From assembly GCA_964106915.2 (NCBI GenBank), contig OZ066915.1: a stretch of 64,000 nucleotides of DNA; one strand, 5' to 3'. The DNA comes from Podarcis gaigeae (lineage: Eukaryota). Positions 12,096 through 24,943 of this stretch are shown here, in pieces. Each line of letters begins with the position of its first letter. Position 1 is the stretch's first letter. Both the position numbers and the translations under genes were made by a program. The notes below the pieces were generated by a model. That model ran no database searches and was not told where the DNA came from. It worked only from the letters and a program-made list of their open reading frames with translations.

Positions 12096-13595
12096 AGTCC
12101 ATGGTAGTACATGAAGAGGGTTGCACTGTAAATGTTAAAGTCACAGCCTTGGCATAGCTTATCATGCCAAGTGTTTTCTTTAGTTTATGCAAATGGGTTT
12201 CTTCACCTTCTACCCTGAGCTACTTTAGCTGTGCATTGTGAAATAGCTACTGCATTGTTTTTCTACCCTAGAGGCAGCAGTCTTTGAGTATAGAAAGTAC
12301 AGAGACCAGTCTGCCATTTTATCTAGTGGGTGCTTGCCTTACAGTGCTTTGAAGCCTTTCAGGATGGGAATGTGTTTCATTAGATTACCTTCCAATGCTT
12401 TCCAGTCTTGCCTACCACTAGCTCTTACCTGTGCTTTTGTGCTATGCCACTTGTTCTTTGCAGCTGCCATCCAGCAGAATTTCTTACCCTTCCATTTTCA
12501 AGTAGTTCTTATTCTAACACTTTCTTCTTAAAGCAGCAAATTGGTAGTTTGTATGATTATTAGGTTTAAGCATGTGTTACTCTTGACTTGCCAGTTCATG
12601 GCAGCCATCTGAAGTGCACATGGTACAGGCAACTCATTGTTGACCAAGGTTAACTATGCAACCAGAGCAGCTTGCGAGCAAGGTGGGTTAGTTTCACTTG
12701 AGTCTGCACACCTGATCAGGTACTGCCACAAAATCCCATCTCAGCTCCAACTTTTTGGCTTCATTTTTTTCAATTATTTATTGGAAAACTTAATTTTAGT
12801 TAATTTCTCTTATATTTGAGTGAATGGGAAGATTCCAGCTTTAACTTTGAATTGTTTTTTTTTCTATATTGGCTGTATAGAAAGTTTAAAATATGACCAC
12901 TGTGCCTTTTATTGCCTAGAAGTCTAATGGCAAAGAACAATCCCACAAACATTATTTTGTAAGCTGTCTATTGAATTGGCAGATGGCGAAACTTAGGTGA
13001 CACTTGCAAATATATAGGATTGGCAACTACCTGTATAAAATACATTAGCTGTGTCTCAAAAAAACATGTTGCTACCTGAAATTCTACATGTGAGAGACCA
13101 CTGGGACATGCCTAGGATTTTTCTGTAAATGGTGCACTTCCATGTCTTCTTTCTGGGTAAATGTAGTCAAAGAGGAACATGGCAGCTTGCTGCTTGAATT
13201 CCAAAGGAATTCATGGATCATATTGCTGGATAGTGAGTGAGACATTTTGCAATTTAAATGGTGCAATGCTACTTTTCCTCTCTGGTACACTTCTCCAATG
13301 ATTAATGGACTGTTAGTTTTAAAATGGATATTCAGAATCTTTATTCCTTTCATTAAGGTAGAAGTGAAAAGGCATATAAGCTATATGCATTTTGGGATGC
13401 AGGCAACAATATAGGCTTGAGTTATTCCACTAAGTACTGCTGTACAACCACTTTCTAAGCCAGGGTTGGAGGATCTTGTTGGATTCTAATGAGCCCCAAC
13501 CAGCATGGCCAGTGAGGGATGGTGGGTGTTGTGGTCCAGGAACATCTGGAGAGCCACAAGTTCTGCATTCTGTTCTGTGGGACAGCATTCTGCAT

Positions 13596-13596
<1 letters not shown>

Positions 13597-13642
<46 letters not shown>

Positions 13643-13686
13643 TTTATTATTTATACTCCACCCATCTGGCTGAGTTTCCCAGCCAT
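13597..13686 (-). repeat. (AAT)n microsatellite plus L2 3' tip
   Basis: About 15 AAT units, then ttatactccacccatctggctgagtttcccagcca. Confidence 0.75.
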
Positions 13687-16600
13687 TTCATTTGGAATAG
13701 GTAGTAGAATGCTTGGTGTTAAAAATGGCCAGGTTTTGGAGGATGGGGAGATTAGGAAGATAGAATGCAGCTGCTCGAATTAAAATAAAACCATTTTTGT
13801 GCTTCGTTATGGAAGGAAAGTTTCCAGACCACAAAGACGGAGGCCCACATTTCTCAGCTTGCAGTTTCTGCAACCTGAAACTGCTCTTATCCCTATACAG
13901 ATGATTCTGTGTCATGCTCTAGTTAGCTTTTTCATTCAAATGCTGTCTTGGCCTTTGCCTGCTTAGCTTGTCTTCTCAATCACAAGAGGCCTGAGTTATG
14001 AAAGGCCTATAGATTGTTGTCTTGGGGGGGGGGGGGGGGGGAGATAGAGAAGCACTTGCAGTCCAGCAGCGGAACGGCAGGTTGGAGCTAGACATTATTA
14101 AAATGGCCCTTCTAGGCAATATTGTTTTTAAAGTCTCCTTCTGTGAAAAGAATCTTTGCCTCCCATTCTTATGGAAGTCCTGCCTACTGTCCGCATCACA
14201 ACCATTGGAGAATAAACAATTTCAAATATCCCCAAATGAAAAAAAAATCCATACAAATTGAGCAATGATGACAAATTATGCCACTTGACTTTATTTGCAT
14301 ACATTATTTCACAGGGATGAACTCTAGATTGTATTTTTTAAAGAAAATTAAGCACAGAATTCAAGATTACTTGCTTATATAGAGACCAGCTTGGCCTTAT
14401 ATAGCAAAAAATCACTCCTTCGCAGAAATGTAACAGACCAATGATGCTTCACTGTATTTGTGACTCTGGAATGCTACCACATGCTACCACATGAAGGTCT
14501 TTTTAGTCACTAGAAGTAAAAAAAACAACAACCCTTGAGATAACATGATTTCTTCCTTTTGTCACTTCCGTTGCCAGGCCTATTTTTCTTTGTATTTTTT
14601 TTTTAATACACATTCAAATAGAAAGCTAAAAGGAAGTATTAAGTCTAGTCTTCATTCTCATTCCCTGTGTGGGTGGTTAGTGTTCCTTGAACCTCACTCA
14701 TAATCATATCTGTAATTTGCCTGGCACAGGATTAATTCAGTATATGCCAGGAAGAAACAGGATCTAAGTGAACTTGAACTTCCAGGGTGGTGAAAGTATT
14801 TGGTTTAACTTCAGATTTTGAACAAGTGCTAAACCTATGAATATTGACTGGGTTTTTAAAATTAAAGGCATGGGAACTGACACAGAGCATAATTAAATAT
14901 AACCAAATATTTTTGGAAATATGAAGATTTCACAGTTATCTTTCTAATACTTCTGAAGGTTAGATATATTTCCCCCACCTAACCCAGCAGGATTGTGGCT
15001 TTAGAAATTTGACTTCCATTAGTTTCAATTTTTGATGGAAATCTCTTTGCTAAAATGCAGGACTTTTTATTTATTATTGCATAGATAGACATATTTCACT
15101 GAGAACATATCAGTAATACTGACTTTGTAACTCATTCTCTAGAAGCATCAGGGACTTAATTTCCTAGTTTATGACGATTTTATTTTATTTTTTTAATGAA
15201 TATTTATTGGCATTTTCAAATGACGATTTAATTTTAACCCTTTATCACATGCGTGGTTATTTCATGCATTCTTAATCAGAATATTAAATCACATTAAATC
15301 CACCACTTCCTGGTTTAAAGTAACTAGTGGCTCACAAGCAGAGACAAAATGGAGCTATTTGAACTGGCTTTAGGGGAATGCCTTAAAGCTGCAATGTGGG
15401 AAGTTTAAGCAAAAGAAAGCATTATTATGCCATGAAACTCCATGTGCCTTTCCTGAGCAGTCAGGTATATAAGCTCTATCAGCAGTCTCAGTTTAGAGGT
15501 GATTTGCAAGAATAATAATTTCCATGACTAAAAATAATTATTTGGGAATTTGCCCTTAACACAAGAGATCTATTTTTCAAATACATCTGGTGCAAGTTTC
15601 TATCACATTTAATATGATTGGTACATTGAGCCTGGTTTCAACTCTGGTTAAAATGCTGGTTTAAAGAAAAGCCTTGTATGGGCATGCCAGCAGCTGGAAC
15701 TAGGTTGTCCTTTTAGCTTGGCTATCACCATTACAGTAATTTAAGCTGATTTATGAAGCTTGCAAAATGTGCAAGTCTGCTCTGCCTGCACTTCTGCCTC
15801 CCTGTTCCTAGCCATTGTCGTTCAAAGTAGAGTTCATGTTGAATTCCGTCAGTGCTGGTCTGAAATGGCCATGTTAGGGTTATGCCCCATAGCTGGCAAA
15901 CCACATCATCTGAAGTATCTGGTGAATACTCCAATGTCAGCAGCCTAACTAGTGTTTCTCTTTTCCTCTGCTTCCATTCTGTGTGCAGTACCTGCTTATG
16001 CCCATCAACTGAACTTCCTGCTTTGCTCTGCTTCTGTTTTGGCTTTCTTCCATGTCCTGTTCTTCCCACTACAACCGTTTTCTTCCCCTTTAATGTAACC
16101 TTTTCCAGTGCTGTACTGGATTGATTGACCATTTCTGCAGCATGATTTTCTCCTTTGCTGTGGTTCTCCTTTTGGCAGACAGAGGCTGACAGGTTTGCAT
16201 GATCAAGCTGTAGTGTAGCATGCAGGCTTCTTCGATTGAGAGCTTGAGTGGGGAGCGTATTATAAGAATGGATTTCTCCTTTACAGACTATTTCTATATT
16301 TGGATGCAAGGGGGAGGTGTGCAGTGCAGTAGGGTGTGATGGGGAGAATAGCAGCTAGATTTGCCATACAGTATTTTCACAAGCATTAACGTTTCTGGGT
16401 TTCTGAATTGGTATATTGATATCTAGGATTAAGAGAGTATACCCTTTATCCTGTTCGGTGCAGCATGATTGATAGTCCTCTACTTTCTTCATGCCCATCA
16501 GCTTCCAGGCAGAACTCTCTGCTGCTCTCCAGAGGGCCCCATCCAATGGGACCATGCTAGTCTGGGCAGTTCAGTTGAAACTCTGGTTCATATGCTCACC

Positions 16601-19600
16601 TTTCAAACTGCACATCAAAGAAAGCACGTGCTTAACCCAAGAAGATTAAGCCCTTTTCTGTTTGCAGAAGCATCCTGACTGTCCTTGTGTTGGAGGGTAC
16701 CTTAGCTCCATTAAAGATGGCGAAACCAGAGGGAAGCTGGTGTCCTTTCATGATAGCTGCCTCTCTTTTTCTTTACTTCAACAAACGTGATTCTGCTACT
16801 GGTTCTGAAAACACTTTCTTATGTTATATAGAAGGGTATAAGAAGAAGTTCAAGACTTCAGTAATGTGGAACCTGCAGATCTCAGAGATAAACAAATCCC
16901 AAGTTACAGTTGAATGGGGGGGGGGGAGTGGAAGCTGCCACTTCTGTCTGCCTTATGACATATGAACAAGCCCCCAGATTAATATATGCCACTCCTCTTG
17001 CTTCAGTCAGGAGAGGCATATCACATAGTTCAGACCCACTACCAGGGGCCAAGCAAGCACAGTTGCATTGTGCTAAATATGGCACATATGATTCAGATAT
17101 AAGTCAGCCTGGTACAAAAACTCGTATCAGCCTAGATAATTGTGTGTGTGTCAAGGCAGCTGAAATGCAGTTTTTTTGCAAACCATATTCCCAAATAGAA
17201 TTACTCACTGCCAAACTGGTTTAGTCCCATGAGACTGACTGTATAAGAACCATTATGTTCCTAAGGAGGCAGGAGAAAACAGCAATGAATTCTGTAGAGC
17301 AGGGGTACCCAACATGTTGCCCTCCATATGTTGCTGGACTTGAATTCCCATCTTATCTGACCATTAGCCAAGCCAGCTGGGCTGGTGGGAGTTTGAGTCA
17401 AACAGCATTTGGAGAGCACTGTGTTTGCTACCGCTGCTGTAGAGGCTTCTGGAACACATTTTTAAATGGCAAAACTGCTACTTCTTTGCCAATAAACTTT
17501 GCAGTGTTTGTCCATCACAATACTCTTATTAAGGTATTATTTTCACTTTATAGGTTTCATTCCCTCCAGGGTTAAATTATACTGCTTCATTGGTCACTGG
17601 CTTGCTTTTGTTAATAGAGATTCTTAAGCAACTTTAATCTACTGCATGCAGTTGGTATAGGCACAATCCTATCTGTGCTTGACAAACCAAAGTGTTCCCA
17701 ATAGTAGGAAGCCCCAAACCACTTCTATAAGAGCATGCAGTAGAGAACCATTGGAGAGGTAAGACTGAATGTTTTATAAGAGATATATTTTTTAAAAAAA
17801 ACCAAGTGAAGCCAGAAGAAAACTTTTGAGATTGTAGCTCAGTTCACTTGTAAATGTCTGCTCAGTGTGGGACTTGGTGAAATGATGATTTTCTATCCAG
17901 AAAAATCTTTGAAAATTATCATTTGCTTATAACTGCAGTCATTTGTGTTGTAGACATAATCCTGACTCACCCTTTTGGTATTTTGGCCCCTGGATCCCTT
18001 GCTCTTTCAGAACCCTAAGGTACTCATAAAAAATGTTGTAGTAAAAGAAACAGATACAAAATGTAATTCTAAATCAAAAAATTGTCCCCGATTCTTTAAC
18101 TTATAAACAGAATATTGCCCGAAACTATCTACAGAAATGGTGTACATATTTACATGGCAGTCAAAAGTGTTTGACGGATTTGAACTGCGGAGGCTTAAAA
18201 TACTATAGTGATAAGCACCTATGTCCAACCCAGAGTCCATTTATTTGAGAAGGCCTGTTCTGAGCATGACTAATGTTGAATATCAGCATATGTTCCAAGA
18301 AAACTTTGAAATGACATGGATCCTACCAGATGGGTTTTTAATGAGCTTAAGACCAATCTCTGTTCATTTTTGTAGTGTTGATGTTCAAAATGGATGGGCT
18401 GTTGTCTCAATGCGGAATTCTGTTAACTTCACTAATTGCTGTAGCACTTTGCTTTTGAAGTCACTTGCAAAGTAATATACCCTTTTTTTAACCTATGGAC
18501 ACTGGTGTGGGAAGAAAAGCCAAACTATAAAAAGAATGAAAAAGCCAGTTAAAGGAATAAACTCATAATGAGTTTTTTTATTCTTTACATTGTTTCTGAA
18601 GAAACTCTTCCATAGCTCTCCCAGGGCAAACCAAAGATATGCTATGGTGCTGAAAAAGGTTTTTTTGAAATGCTATGTGTGGCTCCTTTAAATCTAAAGC
18701 CTATGCCATTGAAAACTTTATGAAAAATTGTTGCCAAACCTGAGCTTTAATACAACATAGCTGTTCCATGAGCAAGACTGAAGTGTTTCTGAAAACTATG
18801 GGAGACCAGGAAAGAATATCACATTAAATAATGGTTTCTTAAATTAATGTAATTCAATAGTGTTTGAGACTTCATCAGAGTTGAATCACCCATTTTTGCA
18901 GCAATAACATTTCTACCTCTTTTAAATAGTTTTTATCCCCTAAAATAAGCAAATGGGTTAATGCCTTTCATACCTGCCAGGTGGAGACAACCTGGAGAAC
19001 AGATGTTTGTATGATGACACTTAATTTCTACCATTGACCTGCCAGACTTGATCTGCTATTAGTGAAAACTAGGCCTCAGCTAGTTAGCTGCTTCTAAGAC
19101 TTAGCTAGTTAGGACCCACCTATATACCCCAGTCCTTTGACGGAAATTGAAGCACTATTAGATTATTTTGCTCCTTTGCCCACAGAACCAATCCTACCAA
19201 CACATCCTCCAAACTTCTCATTAGAAATTTGTTTTACTGTCGCAACAGAAAACCTTAATAAAACCCATACTATTTCCTCTTATGTTGTATTTATTGCATA
19301 CATTGTAATTAATGCTTTAATCTGTGCCTTTCTGGTAATTGAATAAGTTTAGAGAAATTCAAGGTAGCGCTGAGCTCTAATCGGTGCAAGCAGTTCTGCT
19401 TGTTTGATGAAACAACCTCTACACTCCCCCTGTGTCATTCTGGGGAGTCTCTAGAACATCTCACCCCACCCCATCCCAGCCACTGGGTGGGCATTGGGGG
19501 AAACTCGGTTGTGTGGTGGAAGCATTTGCATGGACTTCTGCTAGTGAGATCATTTAGCTGAATCTGGCCCCTTGTGCTTTTTGTCAACTTGGACTGCAGA

Positions 19601-19951
19601 AATTTTCATCCATTTCCTGTATTTTCTTTCTTTGTTTTCAGGTTATACTAACTAGAAGCTCCTTTTCAGGGAATTTAAAAATCCTTCACTGGCCATTTTA
19701 GAACTCTCTTGTCCTTAGCAATAAAAATGATTATGCCTTTAAATATATACATATTTCAGAAGTAGTCAGCTCTCCTTAATTCATTTTCTAGCTGAGGAAG
19801 CTTCCCTTTTGGAGTTGAATTCAGATGACCTGTACTCCATTGGTTTTCTCCTATTCTCTGCCTCAAGGGATTATGTACAAGCATTTTGTGGTCACTTGCA
19901 AGAGAAGCAAGCATCACCTTTAGTAGTTTCCATGAACTGGTACTAATTGAG

Positions 19952-20127
19952 TTACAGATAGGTAGCCGTGTTGGTCTGCCATAGTCAAAACAAAAAAAAT
20001 TCCTTCCAGTAGCACCTTAAAGACCAACTAAGTCAGTTCTTGGTATGAGCTTTCGTGTACACGAAAGCTCATACCAAGAACTGACTTAGTTGGTCTTTAA
20101 GGTGCTACTGGAAGGAATTTTTTTTGT
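19952..20127. mobile_element. Penelope-like element terminus in fold-back (inverted) configuration
   Basis: Same sequence as 41931-42040; flanked by direct repeats tggtactaattgag (19938-19951, 20128-20141). Confidence 0.75.
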
Positions 20128-22564
20128 TGGTACTAATTGAGATGAACCACAATTTTAAAACCCCTTACTCTTCAATTGGGGGGGGGGGGTCTGTCTCCAA
20201 GATGTTGTCATCCTATAAATCTTTGTAGCGTGGACTGCACTGCACATTACAATGAAACATATCAAGAATAAGCTCATCTGAGTGTTAAGACATCCCTTCT
20301 TACAATCTCACTTCATGACCTCTTTTGGCTAGTCTCAGTATCCCTTTCTCCACCTGTTATACTGATGTACCTTACATAACAGTTGTAAGGATTATAGATG
20401 CAATATAAAGGGAGCTCTTTTAGCAGAAGACGTACATTTTGTTATCTTAATAGAGCTTCATTGTTTATATTTTAAAAAGTATTCCTATTTTATGCAGTCT
20501 CAGTCTTGAGGCCAGGAGAGTCCATGGGGACTTCTTACTTGCTTTCTTCAAACAGCAGCTCCTCTCTTTCCCCATGTCATACGAGACATTATTTTTGAAG
20601 CTGAGAAGAATTTCAAGAGCAGTTTGTGACTTTTGTGAGAATTAGTTGTTCAAAGAAAAGCAGTCAAAACATTTTACTGCCTCACTATGAACTATTATAC
20701 CTCTTTAGATCCCAGGACAGAATTCTAGCTAGCATGTTGCATTGCACGTTGATCTGTTATTCATGGCTGATGCAGCTGCTCTCGAAGTGGAAGTTGGGGG
20801 CTGCCCAAGCATTGAGAGTGGGTTCACTTGTTAAGTATTTTGTATAGAACCTGGCACAATTCTTCTGAACCATAATTCCTGCCTGAAATCATCACTTCTG
20901 CCCAAGTATCAGGAAACTGATACTTGAGAATCCACTTTAGTACCGGCAACCTATCATAACTAACTGACAGTAGCAGCACTTTTCTTTCTGCCTCTCCCAC
21001 CTTAATATTTGCAACCTTGGAGGGGATAGAAGTGTTTCAGAAATTAAAATTAAAAAATAACGCTGTTACTGAGTTCCGTTGAGCAACCTTGTCATTGTTA
21101 GTGGCAAGATTGCAATATGGAAGCCAGTATTTCTACTTTAGCCAAGGGCTATTGTTGAGGTTGATGAAGGAAGTTGTGTGTGGCTGAGCTTTTTATTTTT
21201 CAAATGAGCAAGCAAATCCACTGGGGCCAGGGTGGGGAACTTGCGTCCTGCTAGACGTTGTTGAATTCCCACCTCCCGCCAGCATGGCCATTGATCAAGG
21301 ATGATGCAGGTTGGATTCCGGCTTCTGGAGGGTCACAGCTTCCCCACTCCAGCACTACGACTTATTCACTTGTTGATTTAAGGGACATTCCTATTCCCAT
21401 TTTTAGAAATAAGCCATATCACCAAGAATATGAGTTGCAGCTTTGCTTGATCTCATGATGCACTGCTTAGCCTCTGAGCTAAGTGGAGGTGAGTTGGGAT
21501 GTCTGTGTAGAATTGTTGTACTCTGGCTGTGTGCCTCGCTGTGTCTTCCTATTTTTGGATTAAAACCTATGTAGACACAGGAAACCAGGTAAAATATGAA
21601 AGGTTATGGGAAGAATTGCAGTATCAAATAATTGTACACATTGTGCTGGAAAGATTAGATGTAACCATTCAGCTACTAACAGATGTTTCTAAAACCTGTG
21701 CAGCATGACTTCTGCTTGCCTGTGCTATTCCCAGGATACAGCAGTTTCTTGATCTAGGTGCCCTGAAGAATCCCCTCTTTTAGATTTGTTCAAAAATGGA
21801 TAGTTGCCCTTAGAAAGCTCTCTTCAGGCTTAGCAGAGACCTCTGTCTAAATATGCTTGTGCTAAGACCAAGCAGGAAGAAAGTTCTTGGTGCTATCTCA
21901 CATCACACTCACTGCACAAGCCCCTGGGCAAAGAAACTAGGCTTTATCTTTAGTTCCAGAAGCAGGTTCTTTCTAAAAAATGGATTTAATTTTAAACCAC
22001 ACATACACTCCCTCCTGGTCCTACGCCCAGATTAAGCCTGCAAACAACTTGCCAGTATAATATCCACACAGTCATTGATCTGCCTACCAGGCGGGTCACT
22101 GGTGCCTACCAATGTAACATGAATATGCCAGTTTATGGCTTATTCCCAGTCAAGAGATGCCTACTGTTTTAATATATGCATAGGCACCAACAATCCAGTT
22201 TAACTTGCTGCACGGATCCTCATATGAGTGAAGCCTGGCCACCCTCTCAGGAAAACAGGGGAAGACCTATTTATTGTGCCCAGACAGAGCTATCCCCAGG
22301 ATGGTACAGTTACAAGCTGTGGCTTCCACACAGATTTGAGAAGATGGGATTTTAGAACACCTTGGGAGTACAGTAGGGCTAAGCTGACACCTCAGAAGTC
22401 AAGGTAACAACTGACTTTTTATTGGAACCACAGGCTGGTTTTCTAGCACCCCTGCCTTCAAGACAAGAAACATTGTGGGCTTGGGCTGCGAAGGAACCTA
22501 GCTTGAACCAGGAGCCCATGCATTGAAGCCTCCCTGCCTGACTTTTCCTCTCCTCTCCTCTCAG

Positions 22565-22715
22565 CATTGCAGCTTCCCTTAGCCAACGATGGAAGTAGCC
22601 GCTCCACCTCTTTGGACAGCTCGCCCCAGCATCATCACACTCATCCGTCACGCCCCCGAAACTTTCTGGGTCTGCCTCCTCAGCCCCCCTTCCACATGAA
22701 CAAGAGCATGGAGAG
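22565..22715 (+). CDS. MAP2K7: MAP2K7 exon 3 (D2 C-terminal half, D3 docking site)
   Basis: tcag|CA TTG CAG CTT...ATG GAG AG|gtaag; LQLPLANDGSSRSTSLDSSPQHHHTHPSRPRNFLGLPPQPPFHMNKSME; 151 nt. Confidence 0.96.
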
Positions 22716-23587
22716 GTAAGCAGAACTAGAGCAAAAGAGGCAGGTTCTGGTGTGCTATGCTCATCTTCACTGCTGTATTGAGACAGGAGGGACCAACTTT
22801 TTTGAGAAAGGGAAGCAGTTTGGAGCAAAGGTTTTGTGTTGTGCTTGCCATTTGATCAGACAGGTCTGCGCACAATACATGAAGCGTTTGCTGTCCTTGT
22901 GCCTGTACAGCCGTGGATAATAGCATGTTGGGGAACTGAATGTTCTCTAGGCACTTTAATCTTGTTGCTTATTGCTATTGCCACAGTCTTTAACAGCTGC
23001 CTCACACTGTTCTTTTGATGTAAGAGGCAGAGCTTTTGAAAAGGGCTCCTGTCTCAAACCATCTTTGTTAGGTAGATACGGAACTTTCATAACCCCTAGT
23101 TGCCTTGAGTTGCATTATTTTTTTTGTAATATCATGTAATATCAGTAGCAGCCCATGCAAAGTTTAAACTCTCCTGTTTGTGAATTAACGGGCTAAGTTT
23201 GTCTGCTAAATGAGTGACTTATAGCATGCACACAAAAATATACAGCAATGGCCCTGGGAGTTAGTAGAGGACCTGCTGCTTTTTTGGGTTTCAACAGGTA
23301 ATAAAAACTCATGATTTAACCTGCACTGTTCTGATCTGCAGATTGAGATGTCTTGTTATGTAAGTGACTTGTGAGTTGCTGGCTTTGAATTTGTATTAGA
23401 AATTCTCTCATGATGGAGATCTACTAGTTCATAGGGTTCTCTAGATGCCCTTGTTGAGAAGAAGAATGTGTGGTTCTCCACAGAGATGGAGCCTGTTTCT
23501 GCAAAGAGAAGGGTCTGAGATGTTCGTATGCCATGGCTAAATGGAAGCAAACACAATATTTTTACTTTTTTCTCTTTCCCTTTCTAG

Positions 23588-23654
23588 TATAGAGATTGAT
23601 CAGAAACTGCAGGAAATTATGAAGCAAACAGGTTACTTGACCATCGGAGGGCAG
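23588..23654 (+). CDS. MAP2K7: MAP2K7 exon 4
   Basis: ctag|T ATA GAG...GGG CAG|gtgag; IEIDQKLQEIMKQTGYLTIGGQ; 67 nt. Confidence 0.97.
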
Positions 23655-23795
23655 GTGAGCTGATTTGACAGGTGCAGTAGTTCGAAATATATTGAAGCCT
23701 GATGTATATTAAGAATTAACCAAAAGCAACCCCCCACCCTTTTCAATATAAAATGGATTGACGAGTAGCTTCTCTATGTGCTCATCTTCTCACAG

Positions 23796-23909
23796 AGATA
23801 CCAAGCAGAAATCAATGACCTAGAAAATCTGGGTGAGATTGGAAGTGGGACGTGTGGACAGGTGTGGAAAATGCGTTTCAAGAAGACTGGACACATCATA
23901 GCTGTGAAG
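23796..23909 (+). CDS. MAP2K7: MAP2K7 exon 5 (Gly-rich loop, VAIK lysine)
   Basis: RYQAEINDLENLGEIGSGTCGQVWKMRFKKTGHIIAVK; ag/gt; 114 nt. Confidence 0.98.
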
Positions 23910-24233
23910 GTGAGGTAGATCTACTGGGTGTTGAGTGGAAGATATCTTAAGATGAAAGGAAATGGCAGAGTTGGACTTCTAGAGGGTTCATTGCTGGTGA
24001 AACTCTTAGGTGCCACAGATTATTTGGTTCCTGTGTCAGCTGCTGAGAGAGAATCCAGCTAGGCAGGATTAAGTGGGCCTTAACTTTCTTCGATGGAAAG
24101 TAGTGATGCTCTGTGAATTAATCATAAAGCAGTTAAGGGCCATGAGGCCCTTTGTGGGTCAAAGCATTATCACCCACGACTCTTTAGTCTCTTTCTACTT
24201 CTGCTCCTAATTCCCATTCTCTTCTCTGTTCAG

Positions 24234-24353
24234 CAAATGCGTCGTTCTGGTAACAAAGAGGAGAACAAGAGGATTCTGATGGACCTGGATGTGGTGCTGA
24301 AGAGTCATGACTGTCCTTACATTGTTCAGTGCTTTGGAACTTTCATCACAAAT
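24234..24353 (+). CDS. MAP2K7: MAP2K7 exon 6
   Basis: QMRRSGNKEENKRILMDLDVVLKSHDCPYIVQCFGTFITN; donor AAT|gtaaat; 120 nt. Confidence 0.97.
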
Positions 24354-24478
24354 GTAAATGAAGGCGATGCTACTGTTTTCTCAAGTCTGCCTGTATTTTT
24401 CAATGTATTTAGAACAGCCACATCATAATAACCTTAACTTTTACTTCTTTTTTTATCCCCCCCCCCCCCGTCCCTTAG

Positions 24479-24586
24479 ACTGATGTTTTTATAGCCATGG
24501 AGCTAATGGGCACATGTGCAGAGAAGCTGAAAAAACGAATCCAAGGGCCTATCCCTGAGAGGATCTTGGGAAAGATGACTGTGGCG
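24479..24586 (+). CDS. MAP2K7: MAP2K7 exon 7
   Basis: TDVFIAMELMGTCAEKLKKRIQGPIPERILGKMTVA; 108 nt. Confidence 0.97.
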
Positions 24587-24760
24587 GTGAGGGTTTTGTT
24601 TTTTGTTTTTTGTTTTGCTTTTTACATTTAGATCCCACATTTCTCCCATCTAGACATTGGCCCAGTTCACATGTCATGCTAAACATGGAACGAATAGCAT
24701 GCTGGTATAGGCTACTTAATAGTACTCCTTCCTTGCTTCAGCTGTGGCAGATTCACAGAT

Positions 24761-24943
24761 AAAACAAGCTATATATCTGGTCTGTCATGTCGCCTGGACT
24801 TGGGCTCATGGCTTGTTTCCTCCAAACAACTGATGAGTAGTAACACAGGTTTATTCTTGGGTTACCACTTGAGGTTTGTTTGGAGGAAACAACCCATGAG
24901 TCCAGGTCCACACAACATGACAAGCTAGAATCTGGCTTGTTTT
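24761..24943. repeat. Imperfect inverted repeat, probably a MITE remnant
   Basis: aaaacaagc...tgtcatgt...tggact..gctcatgg.ttgtttcctccaaacaa mirrored by ttgtttggaggaaacaacccatgag..ggtcca...acatgaca...gcttgtttt. Confidence 0.75.

Noticed and set aside
15731-16309. 192-aa - strand ORF in MAP2K7 intron 2
   Set aside because: No recognisable domain; non-ATG start; mirrors a pyrimidine-rich + strand
24354-24478. Possible U12 intron (accttaac near the acceptor)
   Set aside because: Donor is gtaaat, not the GTATCCTT U12 consensus
24820-24895. CTGATGA...GAAAC as a second hammerhead
   Set aside because: No G-C closed stem II before GAAA and no stem III/UH arrangement; the sequence is part of a larger inverted repeat
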